DNA from: Schizochytrium sp. TIO01
Lineage: Eukaryota; Protista; Bigyra: Labyrinthulomycetes
Direction: 5' to 3'
NCBI GenBank assembly: GCA_004764695.1
Contig: SMSO01000036.1
Span: 2,108,001-2,172,000, forward strand
Length of the DNA: 64,000 nt
The first letter of the stretch is position 1. Each line of letters opens with the position of its first letter. The position numbers and the translations under genes were made by a program. A model generated the notes under the pieces. The model was not told where the DNA came from and made no database searches. It saw only the letters and a program-made list of their open reading frames with translations. Positions 45,805-56,888 of this stretch are shown here, piece by piece.

Positions 45805-48800
45805 CTATTTGCGACTATTTTCAGGCGACTCGAGCGGTAGGGGAGACATTTCATCAGGTCCCTCAGCAAGAATAGCAAGGCGCCGCTCAATTTCAAGGCG
45901 ATCACGAAGCATTGCAAGTGCAGGCCATGTCATTCTAGCACCTGTACGTAAATAAACTCCCATAGTACGTGGTGTATCTGGATCGGCCACTAGATGTACA
46001 TATGACCACATTCGAATTGGAGGCACTAGGGTCACTGTGCCACGAGTGTTACCTAAGAAGACGGAGCTTGCATCAACTGACATAACACGTGGCATTAGAG
46101 AAAAATCTCGAACAAGCTCAAGCCACTTACGCAGGTCTAATTTGAGTAGACGCTCAACATATGAAAGCGCAAAACCACCTCGCCAGCCCTTACCACGGCC
46201 ATGCGCCACAGGCTTACCGGCACTACCTCGATGGGAGTAAAAGAATGGACTCAAGTGTGGTTCGACTTGAGAAACAATTGTGAATGTGACATTAAAAAGC
46301 TGTCGTAACGCATCGAAGGGAAGCTCATTCTGGAAACTACCATCACGCCAGAATCGTCCAAAAGAATGGTACGGTGTGATATGGCCACGGGCGTCCTTCC
46401 GTAAAAGCTCAATGGGTGGGAGAAGGCGCGGAATTGCTGAACTAGCCAGTACAGCACTATAGATTACTACATCCGGGGTGGTGCGATGACAAAGGACGCG
46501 CGTGTGCTGCTTACCCTTTTCATCAATGTTATAAACTGGAATGATAAGAGCTTTGTGCGAGCGCTCATAGGCTTCCCGGAAAGTAAGATCACCACAAACC
46601 TGTTTCACTAGCTTTGGGATCCAATCCGTGGTTTCAAAAATGTTTCCTTTTTTCATCAAATTTAAGAACATGCTGTAGTAACCAACAGAGCATGGGTTGA
46701 ATACTTTGCATAACACCTCGGGTCGCATTTGCTCCCGAAGCTCTTCATCAGTACGCGTGCACACATACGATCCTACCAGGGCACCACCAGAGGCTCCAGT
46801 AATGTACTCAGGGAGCATGTCTCGGTCTACAAGTGTTTTTACTACACCAAGATGGTAAAATGCGTTTCCAGCACCACCGCTAAGGCATAATGCTGTTTCG
46901 CCATAGGTGTGGGCTAACTCAGAAAAGAAGCGGCGCTTACTTTCCCAGAAAGCAGACTGAAGTTTACCTTCATCAGTTTCAGGATCTGCAACAGTGCGCT
47001 CAGGGGACGCCTCGCTGATGCCTTCACTTGTGGTGTCACCATATTCCTTGTCAGCTTCGGTATCTTCATCTTCATCTTCGTCGTCTTCCTCGAGCAAAGG
47101 CCGGTGCAAACGATGTTGACTTGGCCTTCTATGCATAGTGATCGGATTTTGCGCGAGCGGTTTGCCATTTCCGTCTGCAGGGTGAACAGGCGGTCTGACC
47201 TTGTCAGATAAGTTTGAAGAAGTCTTTGCACTAGACTGCGGGCTAGGGTTGCCACCATTGGCTTTCTCATGATCTTGTGAAGTCCACCTAGCCAATAAAG
47301 AGCCGCCCCCATTGGTGGGCGAGTTGTTTATGCGAGATAAAGTTGCTCGCATTGGAGATGTCCATTGACTAGCTCGGGCTTGCAAGCCACCGATAGCACG
47401 TTCGGCGAATTCTGCCATGCTAGCACGACGTAAACGTCCTCCACCAGAGGTAAACTTGCGCTTAATTTTCGCATAGTGCTTGAAGTGCAAGAGCTCGGGA
47501 TTTTCGCATGCATCGACTTCATCCAGAGCATCGAGAAACGTCGTGACAAGTTGGCGCATCTCAAGGTTTGTACCCATGTGGTTAAGAGCATATATTTGCT
47601 CATTTGCAAGCTCATTAAGAGAAGTAGCACTTGCACGCAAAACTCCAAGGATCTCGTGTTCCGCCTCTTTCTCCTCCATCATGTTTGTTGCACTGTTAGT
47701 TGAAGTAACAGATGCAGTCTCATCATCATCTAGACTGGGTCGGTTTTGTCCTACCGCACCCATTTCGATCGCAAGGTGACGAGTAGCGCGACGGAGAGCG
47801 CGGAGGTGATGCTTGAGCGTGGGAACATGATCTAGACTTCCACTAGACTTCCCTTCTTTCACGTCCATTTGTCTAGCGCTACGCCTCCAAGTAGAGTAGC
47901 TTGTCGCCTTGGTTAGCTGGTAATATTCCTCACGGTTTCTTCGGAAAATCATCTCAAAAAAGTTGACGAGTTGCCGTACCATGATATACATGGCAAGTTC
48001 GAGGAAGATGATACCAACAGTAAAGATTAGCAAGGGGAATTTGGCAATTGTGTAGAACGGGCCAGTGCCGTGATGCCCTTCAAGGTCAAGCGGAAGATTA
48101 TCTATGGTGTCTTCCGCTTCATCTACAGAATCGGCCATATTGCGTGCCTTCCGATGCCAGATGTGACGATGATTATTGTACACAGCAGCCTTGAGGAATT
48201 CTTTAGCGGCTTTAAAGCTGTCCATTTCTACCGGAAGAATGTTGTAGAGCTGTGGTAAGTGCGTCATTACGCTCGGCTCCACAAAGAGAAGGAATTTTGT
48301 TTGTACATTGTCTTCATTTGCTTTCCACAAGCAAGCCCTGAGCGCAGAATCAAGAGCCTCTCCATGGATGACCTCGGGCCCTAACTCATCAAGGATGAGA
48401 ACGTCAACTCCGGCCTCGAATGCACACATGATCTCCTCACGAGCCCATTCATAAATATCCTCCAGATCATAGTCCAGCGCCTCTTCAGAGGGTAGCCACC
48501 GTACTTCTCCTGAAGTGAGGCTGCGGAGGCATTTGCGTCGAAGAGGGGCTTTATCACGAATACGTGCAGCATCTGAAGCCCGAAATCGCCATGTGGGGCT
48601 AGGGCTGTCTTCCCCGGATGATTGTGATGCTAGAGATCGGGTTGTAGCCTCCATGGTAAGAAGCACGACGCCACCGACCTTTGCTCGCTCGTGCTGCTTG
48701 CCGTTCATCTTTCGCGCCCAGCGCAGGACTTCGGCTCGGTCTTCGCTGACCTGGTCACTTGCTAATACAAGAACGTCGCCATTTTGCTGGGGTTTTTCAG

Positions 48801-48873
48801 TCTGGGCACTGAGCGGGTTTGTCACCAGCCTTGGTGGCCTTGCAGTCGCATCGCTGCTTGTGGGAGCTGTCAT
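45805..48873 (-). CDS. Patatin-domain triacylglycerol lipase (TGL3/TGL4/SDP1-like) with N-terminal NTPase-like extension
   Basis: YGETALCLSGGAG..YHLGV, ITGASGG (GxSxG), LTFREAYERS, SAVLASSAIP, WRDGS, LFNVTFTIVSQVEPH. One TM and ATSYSTWRRSARQMD lie before the patatin domain. Confidence 0.9.
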   Translation of the reverse strand: MTAPTSSDATARPPRLVTNPLSAQTEKPQQNGDVLVLASDQVSEDRAEVLRWARKMNGKQHERAKVGGVVLLTMEATTRSLASQSSGEDSPSPTWRFRASDAARIRDKAPLRRKCLRSLTSGEVRWLPSEEALDYDLEDIYEWAREEIMCAFEAGVDVLILDELGPEVIHGEALDSALRACLWKANEDNVQTKFLLFVEPSVMTHLPQLYNILPVEMDSFKAAKEFLKAAVYNNHRHIWHRKARNMADSVDEAEDTIDNLPLDLEGHHGTGPFYTIAKFPLLIFTVGIIFLELAMYIMVRQLVNFFEMIFRRNREEYYQLTKATSYSTWRRSARQMDVKEGKSSGSLDHVPTLKHHLRALRRATRHLAIEMGAVGQNRPSLDDDETASVTSTNSATNMMEEKEAEHEILGVLRASATSLNELANEQIYALNHMGTNLEMRQLVTTFLDALDEVDACENPELLHFKHYAKIKRKFTSGGGRLRRASMAEFAERAIGGLQARASQWTSPMRATLSRINNSPTNGGGSLLARWTSQDHEKANGGNPSPQSSAKTSSNLSDKVRPPVHPADGNGKPLAQNPITMHRRPSQHRLHRPLLEEDDEDEDEDTEADKEYGDTTSEGISEASPERTVADPETDEGKLQSAFWESKRRFFSELAHTYGETALCLSGGAGNAFYHLGVVKTLVDRDMLPEYITGASGGALVGSYVCTRTDEELREQMRPEVLCKVFNPCSVGYYSMFLNLMKKGNIFETTDWIPKLVKQVCGDLTFREAYERSHKALIIPVYNIDEKGKQHTRVLCHRTTPDVVIYSAVLASSAIPRLLPPIELLRKDARGHITPYHSFGRFWRDGSFQNELPFDALRQLFNVTFTIVSQVEPHLSPFFYSHRGSAGKPVAHGRGKGWRGGFALSYVERLLKLDLRKWLELVRDFSLMPRVMSVDASSVFLGNTRGTVTLVPPIRMWSYVHLVADPDTPRTMGVYLRTGARMTWPALAMLRDRLEIERRLAILAEGPDEMSPLPLESPENSRK

Positions 48874-49537
48874 TTAAATCTAGAGGCCAGCAAGTTTGCC
48901 GCGTCCCCGCAAGTCTCAAGCACCTCAACTTGGCACAGCAAAAAATCCAGAAAGAAGGTTTCAGCAATATCGATGCGCTCCTCGCCGTTGCCTGTATGAG
49001 GCTGATTTATTGGCCTCAGGGCCTTGTTTCGTTAAACTCGTGAGGTCTTGGCGTCAGCCGGAGACCAAGATCGAGTGTTTCAAGGCGTCGAAGTTTCGCC
49101 ACCTTTCTTCCAAAGTACACTTAGGTAAAGTCAGTTCCCTAGTCGTCGCTGCAGTGCTCCAAGGATGGAGTCACCTTCGTATCGGCGCTCGGTTTACCCG
49201 GTGCTCGCCGTGCCCCCTAGGCCTTCTGTGCGTGCGTTGTGGCCTCCGGAATCGTTGCGGATCTGCTTTCACGCCAGAGCATCGACGCTTCTATTCCTCC
49301 TTTCTTTCTTCCTTTCTTTCTCCGTCTCAATAAACATATAAGCACCATCGAGTGAGTGACTCCTTAGCAGTCCCTAGTGCCATCTACTAGTTCTTTTCCT
49401 CTTTTCATTCCCCCACTTTTATTATTTATTTATATATTTATTTATGTTTAGTAATGTTTTTTCCATTTATTTATTTCTATTGATTCATTGATTTCTATTG
49501 ATTCCTATATATTTATTTTTGTTTTGTCGTCGATGAT

Positions 49538-49538
<1 letters not shown>

Positions 49539-49573
<35 letters not shown>
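49539..49573. repeat. (GATT)n microsatellite
   Basis: About 8 tandem GATT units. Confidence 0.9.
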
Positions 49574-51953
49574 CGTGTTCCTCAATCATGAGTCTTCGCG
49601 ATGATGAAGATCTTCAACATCCCGCTTTCAAGCACGCTCGTCCTTTGAGCCCTTCACGCTACGGCGCTTCGGTCGAGACCTTCTGGAGCTCTTTTCTGTA
49701 TCCTCGGACTGTCTCGGCAGCGACGATCATTCAGGTTCACATAGATAGATGAATAGAATTTGCATTCTTCAGAAAGAACAGAACAGCGCCATAACATTGG
49801 CAGGTGTGTCGAGGTTTCTTGAAAGCCGTGAAACTGGAGCAAGCAAAGCTGCCAAACCAAGCCTCCCCTCGCCTTCTCGTGGTGGCTTTCCAGGCCTCGT
49901 GGCCCTGCCTGCGTGGGCATACGGCTGTTCACCGCTGCGATCGTCGCTTGCGCGATAGCTCATTCGAAGCGGAGGTTCTTCTCGAGTTCTTCTTTGGCTT
50001 CTCCTTGAAACTTTCTTTCTTCTCCCCTCTTTTTATCATAAGAACGCTCTTTCCGCCTCTGTTTCTCTGAACAGCACATTCGTACTTTCCTTTTCCTCTC
50101 ATCATACAATATTTTTATCTTTAAAAATAAAAGATAAGAATAAAATGAAATGATTAAAAATTTACAACAACAAATAAATAAGTAACATAATAATGATGAG
50201 ATTTCGAGGAGTTATATATAATTCATTTTGCTTAGAAGTTTGCAGAAATAAATAAAGAAAGAAAGTAAGAAATGAATGAATATCGTCAAATGGTATTGAA
50301 ATCGATCATCTAATGCTCCAGCCCAATGTGAGCTCTGATCTGGGCCGCACTCGCATGCAATACTTTCAGAGACCTCCGCTCTCTCATGGGTCACTGTCGA
50401 AGGGGTTATCGTCTTCTTCGACTCTTAACTGTGGGCACTGCAAACCTCTCATGCGATCTATCTTTCTAAAACACGAACTCCTTCGGGGTAATAACTATGA
50501 AAGTCGATACTGCAGTGGTGGAACCTCAGTTGAATCGAAGCGGGCTCTTCGCTCGTATTGCAGAGGCTGCGGGTGCTCGAGGAAGGGCAACACGCATTTA
50601 TGCAACGGAGCTGACTGCTCGAAAGAGTCTCAAGAAGTTTGAGAATACCGAATCAGCGATGTTTTTTTTTTTGTTTTTTTGTTTTTTCTGGGAAAAAGAA
50701 AAAAGAGAAGAAAAATAAATGAAGCTCACCTAGCTAGAGGTTAGAAGGCACTACCAGGTACTACCAATTTCGTTAATATGGGGTTTAAAATTCTCTAATC
50801 TGTCTTTTATCCAAGTTTTAATTTGGTTTGGGGAAAAAAAAAGGGTCACCATTACTATTGCTTATTTCCTCATCAGGCTAAAAAGAAACTAAAGACTTAG
50901 AACTAAGAACTGGAACTCTAAGAAGGTACGTAAGATTGCAGCGCAGGCTATGGCCGTGCATTCTAACTGTATTATTGGCGCTGCCGCAAGCGTTGCGATG
51001 CGTAGCGCAGACTAACAGTGGCACCGGGAGCGGCTTGAAGCTTTGCAGAGCCTGCAGCGAAGACCTAGCTAGCTAGGGCTTAGATTTTGGTTTCTCAGTC
51101 GGACCTCGTAGTAGATAGATTACTTACCTTCAAGTCGTTGTAAGATGCATGCAATTTGCCCCCCTTCGCAAGCCTGAATGCAAAGGTTCAGTTGTGCCCG
51201 CATCGCAGAGTTGGCAAGGCGTCTCTGTCTCTACCCTGTTGTCTCCCGAACAGCAAAATAGTTTGTTTGTCAGTGTATCGAAGTTCTTCAGAGATAGATC
51301 CAAAGCACCATGAACCAATAGAAGTCCGCCAGCAACGCACGCATGGACTAGCCTCTACGTTATATACTTTCGTCTGAGTCTGATAAGAGGTTATTCGAGA
51401 CCCAGGGTTTCTGAAAAGGTTAGGTAGGAAAAAGAGTTTAATTCATATATCAATTTGTTTGTTACCAGGAATTAACAAATACTAGATAGTTGAAGGGTCC
51501 ATGAAGAGAAAGAGCATATGCGGAAAAACAGGAGCTGCGCATAAGTTTATAGCTTGACGTGTTTGTGCTGGCAAAGCCCCTAGGAGATGAGCATCGTCGA
51601 TAGCAAAGAAAGTGTGCAACTTGTACATGGAAGCGGGAAGAACAGCAACGAAAGTGTATTGCAGTACAAAGCGATTGTCAATCTTGTGGGACGCACGGGT
51701 ACCATGAATAAATTGACAATTAAAAGTAGGTGCAGCGAGCTTGTCCTTCTTGTAAGAGGTGAGGATAAGGAAGGTGATTCGATAAAGTTGAAGAAGGTAG
51801 TAGTATATAAATGCAGGTTACTTACGGTAAAGAAGAGCCAATGGACTGTGTCTTGGGTTGTTTTGAGAACAGAAGATAGAAATATGTTCAAAAGGCCCCA
51901 CATAAGCACACAGCAAAGGCTTCATTCAAATTCGTCCATGAAAGCTCGAGGTC

Positions 51954-53879
51954 TTATTGAAAGTTCTCAATGGCATCAATAAGAAGCTTGCTTTCTTGAA
52001 CATAGTCGACGGGAGAAACACTCATAACAGAGCACTTCTGGCGCGTAGTTTCATTGTAAGTCTCCTCCTTTACACGGAGGCGGAAGTTGTATTGCTGGAA
52101 GACACAGTCGTTGACAAAGCTCTCAAACTCAGATTCGCTTTGGTTCTTCAAGTTCTCAAGTTCATCAGCGGTCTTGTTTCCCATGATGATCTGAGCACCT
52201 TCGTTAAAGCTGGTTGCGTAGACAGATCCGGTGTAGTCGGCAAGAACAGTCCGCAAGATATAGCGGTTCTCCTTTGTAGTGTAGGTTTGTGCTGTCGGCT
52301 CGCAGAACCAGGTTCCATCAGCTTGGCGTGTGACCTTCTTGTTGTTACCTTCCTCGGGGCAAGCTTCGTACCACATCTTCTCGTGGGGAATATGCTGAAT
52401 GGTGGCCTTCACGTCTACGTAGTCTGGTTTTTCAGACTTGCCAAGCTGCATGTCCTTAATACCTTGAAGAGAATAACGCTCACTAATGGGCTTGACACCG
52501 CCACGGGCTCCCGCACCGCCAGCGCCAGCGGAGCCAGAAAGGGCCTGGAGACTGTTAGCACCACCATTGGCAAACCACTGGCGAAGCTGTTGTGTCCTGG
52601 GGAGCTCGGGCTCAATGACGATCTGTGAAGAAGCACCAGTACTGAGTGTGCGCCCACCCCAGTCGCTCACCTTGCAGTTCTTAATACCCACGACCGGGTT
52701 TTCGGAGCTCTGCAATTTGAGTGCAGTGTCCTTTGCCTTGTCGCCCCAGAGTGTGACGCGGATGGTTGCCTGGCTATCATCAGCCATAACAACCTCGCAT
52801 TTGGTGAGAGCGCGTCCAGCCTTGGAGGTGAACTCCTGCACCTCGCCAACATCCATAGCAATACCAAGGATATCCACCGTAGCGTTAGCAGCCGTGTCAG
52901 CGATATTGGCGATCGAGGTTGCCTCCAGGTGGACCTCGGCGATGTTGCCATCGTCCTGAACACGCGTGATGTTCGCGTTCTGGTCAAAAGTCAGCTCATA
53001 CTCGTTACGTGTGTTGTTAAAGCTCTTGTTTGCAAGCTTTACGCGGCCACCGGAAAGCGTGTAGACGCCGTTGGGTTCAATCATGTCAAAGAACCTGTCA
53101 ACTGCCTCCCTGAAGAATGTTGCACGAATCTCTGTTCCCTCCGAGTCCATGATCTCCATCGAGAAGAGCTGGCCCTGCTTGTTCGGGCCCTTATCCCAGC
53201 GTCTGATGTCGCTCTTGTTGATTACTCGACCCTTAATCACCCATCGGCTCTGGTACATATTGAGCGCCCTAATCGGCAAAATCCTTTCGTTGCCAGCACC
53301 TGTGTTCATCTCGCGCTGCTGCACAACAGGACCATTCTGACGGTACCCTCCCTGCTGGGTCTGATTCACAGGGTTCTGCTGTTGCTGCTGCCCAGGCTGC
53401 GCGTACTGCCGAGTCTGGCCAGATTGTTGAGGACGCAAGCTCTGAGGGGGTTGGTTCGCGTTAGCTCGCATTGCCGGGGGCGGGTTCACAGCTCCGTGGG
53501 AGTTGTTGGTGTTGTTAGAGGCGTTGTTGGAGCCTGCGCCAGCGACCTGGGGGTTGCCGATGACAGCGTTGGCCTTGCCAAGAACGCTGACACCGATTAC
53601 AATGATGACAACCTTGCCACCCACGTTGCTGACAACCTTGTCATCAACGCAGATAATGGCATTTTCGCGGAGCTGGCCATCAAGGACAAGGTCAGTGAGC
53701 TGGGTAGCAAGAATCGCCTGGGTGCTAGTGACTCCATCGGAAATGAGGGCCTTGAAACGCTTGGTTTCACCCTTTGTCATCTTGTCAAGCTGGAGCACCT
53801 GGAGAACCGGTTTCTCGACCTCCTCCTCGCGGAGGATACGCTCAAGGGCGCCTGTGGTGAGCTGAGGAAGTCCGGCCAT
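51954..53879 (-). CDS. RPA1: Replication protein A 70 kDa subunit
   Basis: LTTGAL..I, PVLQV, ISDG (DBD-F); PIRALNMYQSRWVIKGRVINKSDIRRW, GTEIRATFF (DBD-A); VDILG, VTLWG, VSDWGGRTLS (DBD-B); RYIL...ADYTG, FRLRVKEETYN (DBD-C). Confidence 0.97.
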   Translation of the reverse strand: MAGLPQLTTGALERILREEEVEKPVLQVLQLDKMTKGETKRFKALISDGVTSTQAILATQLTDLVLDGQLRENAIICVDDKVVSNVGGKVVIIVIGVSVLGKANAVIGNPQVAGAGSNNASNNTNNSHGAVNPPPAMRANANQPPQSLRPQQSGQTRQYAQPGQQQQQNPVNQTQQGGYRQNGPVVQQREMNTGAGNERILPIRALNMYQSRWVIKGRVINKSDIRRWDKGPNKQGQLFSMEIMDSEGTEIRATFFREAVDRFFDMIEPNGVYTLSGGRVKLANKSFNNTRNEYELTFDQNANITRVQDDGNIAEVHLEATSIANIADTAANATVDILGIAMDVGEVQEFTSKAGRALTKCEVVMADDSQATIRVTLWGDKAKDTALKLQSSENPVVGIKNCKVSDWGGRTLSTGASSQIVIEPELPRTQQLRQWFANGGANSLQALSGSAGAGGAGARGGVKPISERYSLQGIKDMQLGKSEKPDYVDVKATIQHIPHEKMWYEACPEEGNNKKVTRQADGTWFCEPTAQTYTTKENRYILRTVLADYTGSVYATSFNEGAQIIMGNKTADELENLKNQSESEFESFVNDCVFQQYNFRLRVKEETYNETTRQKCSVMSVSPVDYVQESKLLIDAIENFQ

Positions 53880-54253
53880 TGTGAACGAACGCAGTGAGTC
53901 AGCCGGCGGTTGCCTTCAAGAGCAAGTGCGTTTGCTAACTGCGAGAGCGACGCAACACGGATTCCGCAAAACCTCGCAATCTAGCAGCCCAACTTCGCTT
54001 CGAGGAGAGAGCAGCGGCGGCAGCTTCGGCCTTCGCTAAGTCGGCGAGTCGGCAAGAGGAACAGAGAGGAGGGCTAGGTGCCGCGCCCGTCGTTGCCAGC
54101 AGAGGCCCGACGGTCGATCGATCAATTCGAGTTTGGAGTTGGTGCTCGCAGTTAGTGACCTCGATAGTTAGATAGATAGTTAACTTATTATGGTCCATAC
54201 CATAATAAGAGTTAGTTCCTCCAATCTAACTACCATGGTCCTCATATTGTTGC

Positions 54254-54316
54254 CATACATACATACATACATACATACATACATACATACATACATACAT
54301 ACATACATACATACAT
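54254..54316. repeat. (CATA)n microsatellite
   Basis: About 15 perfect CATA units. Confidence 0.95.
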
Positions 54317-55171
54317 GCAATCAGCAACAAACTTTGCGACGCAGATCAGAGAAGCTCTCAATCAAGTGAGCCAGATTCGTTCAACACAGAGAGACCTCTT
54401 GACTGACAGCTCCAAACTCAGACTTTGCGCTGCGAATGCCAGAAACTCAGAGGATGAAGAGTCTGCTGGGTAGTTAAGTTGCGTTGAGCCGCTCCGTTCT
54501 ATTGAAGAGGTGTTCTTTGGAACAAACTGTTGGGAACGAAACAGCGTTCCATAAGTTCCAGCGGTAGGGTTGCGGAACACAATGTTTGCGTATATATTAT
54601 ATATATCGATTGTGAGAATGGCCAAATAACTGGAATGGGACTTGAAGTTGAGGACGCAGAATCGAATGTCGGAGACCAGAACTGGGAAATCAGACTCGGA
54701 GTATGGAAATGAGGGTATGCATGAAGGGGAAGGTTGTAGCTTGTTGGGAAATGAAAGCTCGCATGAATGTAGATTAAGTTTCAAGTGTGTTGCGGGGTGA
54801 GGATTTGGAAAAGGTTGCGCAAGGTTGCGAAGGACATTATTCAGCTGCTGTCAAAGCACTGTAAGGAAATCATCGTCTCTTCAAAGCGCAAGGAGGTTAA
54901 TTGAATGCCCTTGGAGTGTATTAACAGACCATACCCATGTCCACTGCATTCAGGAATCACCAGAGTCTCCGGCAAGAGCAAATACTGAGATTCCTTTGCA
55001 AACAAAGTGCGTAGGCCTGGGTAGCAAGGACATGCACCACCAACAAGAGTGTGATAGTTTGATTATCTAAAAGGAGAGATAAAATCAAGAGGATTACATG
55101 AACCATTAGAATGGTAACCGATAAAAAGATAACCATGTTAGAGGAAGTTGGGAAGGAGGCATCAGGGCATT

Positions 55172-55220
55172 AAAGCATCAAAGCATCAAAGCATCAAAGC
55201 GTCAGAGCATCAGAGCATCA
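55172..55220. repeat. 8-bp tandem repeat (A[A/G]AGCATC)n
   Basis: About 6 slightly diverged units. Confidence 0.8.
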
Positions 55221-55387
55221 GGGCGTATGAGCATTCAAGCGTAAGACTTATGATAGAATGAGATTGAAACATCGGAAAAAAACATTAATGCTAACCTAAA
55301 CTAAGCAGAGGAGAACATAGCAGCAACACACAGAAAAACAAAACCCATGAACTCTGGTGTGGGTGACCATGTCTTGTGGTGACAATT

Positions 55388-56573
55388 TTATGCTATGAAC
55401 TCAGCAAGAGGTGGAATCACGTCAAAGAAATCATCAGGCAGGTCTTCGCAGTCAATCATCTGTGGATATGTGTCGCTGAAAGCCTGCTCTGAGAGGGAGT
55501 TCTGCACTAGCTCTTTTGCCAGCCCCGGCGCAAGCAATTTTGCCTTATTTGCCAGCATCCGTAGGCACACGCAGTCTTCCGGAAGCTCGCGCCCGTCCGA
55601 CACATACACTGACAAACGATTTCCCACCAACAGCATGCGGCTCAGGGCTTCCCGAGACCAGTTTGCTCTGAGCACATTGTTGTATAGCGTTGCTGGACAG
55701 TGCGGCATGTAATACAAAGTCCTCAGTCCCTTTTTAAGCCCTGATCCGCTAACACTTACACTTTCAGCCACTCTGGGGCCATCTCCAGAACCTTTCTATA
55801 TGCCTTAACTTTGCGTGTGTGCAGTTACCCTTGCGAGATGCGGTTGTGGCATCAAATTCTTCTATATTGTCCTCATACTTTAATGCCTCATCCAACTTCG
55901 CGTCATCCCCATATCCTCTTCCGCCCATCTTTCCGACGGTGCTTCCTCCCTCGTCACCAAGTTTGGCCTCCTCGTTACCACTCTCCTTTCCTCCATTGCA
56001 TCTGCTCTCTTGGTCATGGTTTTCACCATCATCGCCATTCTCGACGCTATTTTCACAGTTCTCGTCAACATCATCCTCGTCGATGTCGGCAGCGTGGGCC
56101 CTCTCTGCAAGGGCTGCGTCGGATATGACGTGGATCCCTAGCGCACGAAGAACGGCATTGTCATGTTTGTCTGAGAGTGGGTCGAAGGCGTCTACAGCTG
56201 CATCGGGAAGCACCAAAGCAGCGTCGGCGCGAAGACTCTGTAAGAGTGCGAGTTGACGAGTCCCGTTGCAGGTCCAGACATGGCCGAGGCCAAGGCACAC
56301 TACACGGCCACAAGGGGGGCCTGAAGCCACCGCAGCGTTCCGCAGGGAGGTCGCAAATGCCTCTCTTCTTAGCGTCTCAGCGACGCGAGCCAGCGGAGCG
56401 CTAGCCTCTTGTGCCCATGTCTGGGCATCGAGGCCACTGAGTGGATCTTCGGCATGCTCTCCGAGGAGACGCTGCTCGGCAGCAGAGGCGCGAGGGTGAG
56501 CACGTGGGCGCGACTTCGTACGCCGTCCGCGCCTTCCGACGTACGTCCACTCGTCGGAGGTGTCCGCCATCAC
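55388..56573 (-). CDS. SRR1-like protein, split over two frames (intron or frameshift near 55740-55830)
   Basis: Frame 1 has EWTYVGRR, VVCLGLG, RQLALL, AFDPL..HD..VLRALG. Frame 2 has TLYYMPHCPATLYNNVLRANWS...LVGN...AFSDT. These are the two halves of one SRR1 domain. Confidence 0.8.
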
Positions 56574-56837
56574 TGACGCTACTGCCTTAGAATGGCACTC
56601 TACAAATATGCGGAATCACGAGTTTATTGACTCGGACCCCAACACCCCCATTCCACACCAAGTTTCACGCATCCGACGCGGTGGCAGCAGAGCCAGATGC
56701 CAGGCCTGGGGTGCTGTGGATACGCCGTCCGAGTGTAGCGAGAGGGCTTCTACAGTGCGCCATGAGAGTGGCGAGCGATCGGAATTTCACATTGTCAAGA
56801 TTTCAAATGGCCTTTTTCTCTTTTCTCTTCTTCTTCT

Positions 56838-56888
56838 TTGTTCAAAGTTGTTCAAAGTTGTTCAAAGTTGTTCAAGGTTATTCAAAGT
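56838..56888. repeat. 10-bp tandem repeat (TTGTTCAAAG)n in the divergent SRR1/PPP4R1 intergenic region
   Basis: About 5 units seen directly. Confidence 0.85.

Noticed and set aside
49600-51982. Short ORFs between the lipase and RPA1, including a PCQLCDAGT Cys motif at about 51195-51220
   Set aside because: Too short and fragmentary to support a gene call.
56838-56888. 10-bp tandem repeats as a CRISPR array
   Set aside because: Head-to-tail units with no unique spacers, no cas genes, and a eukaryotic context.
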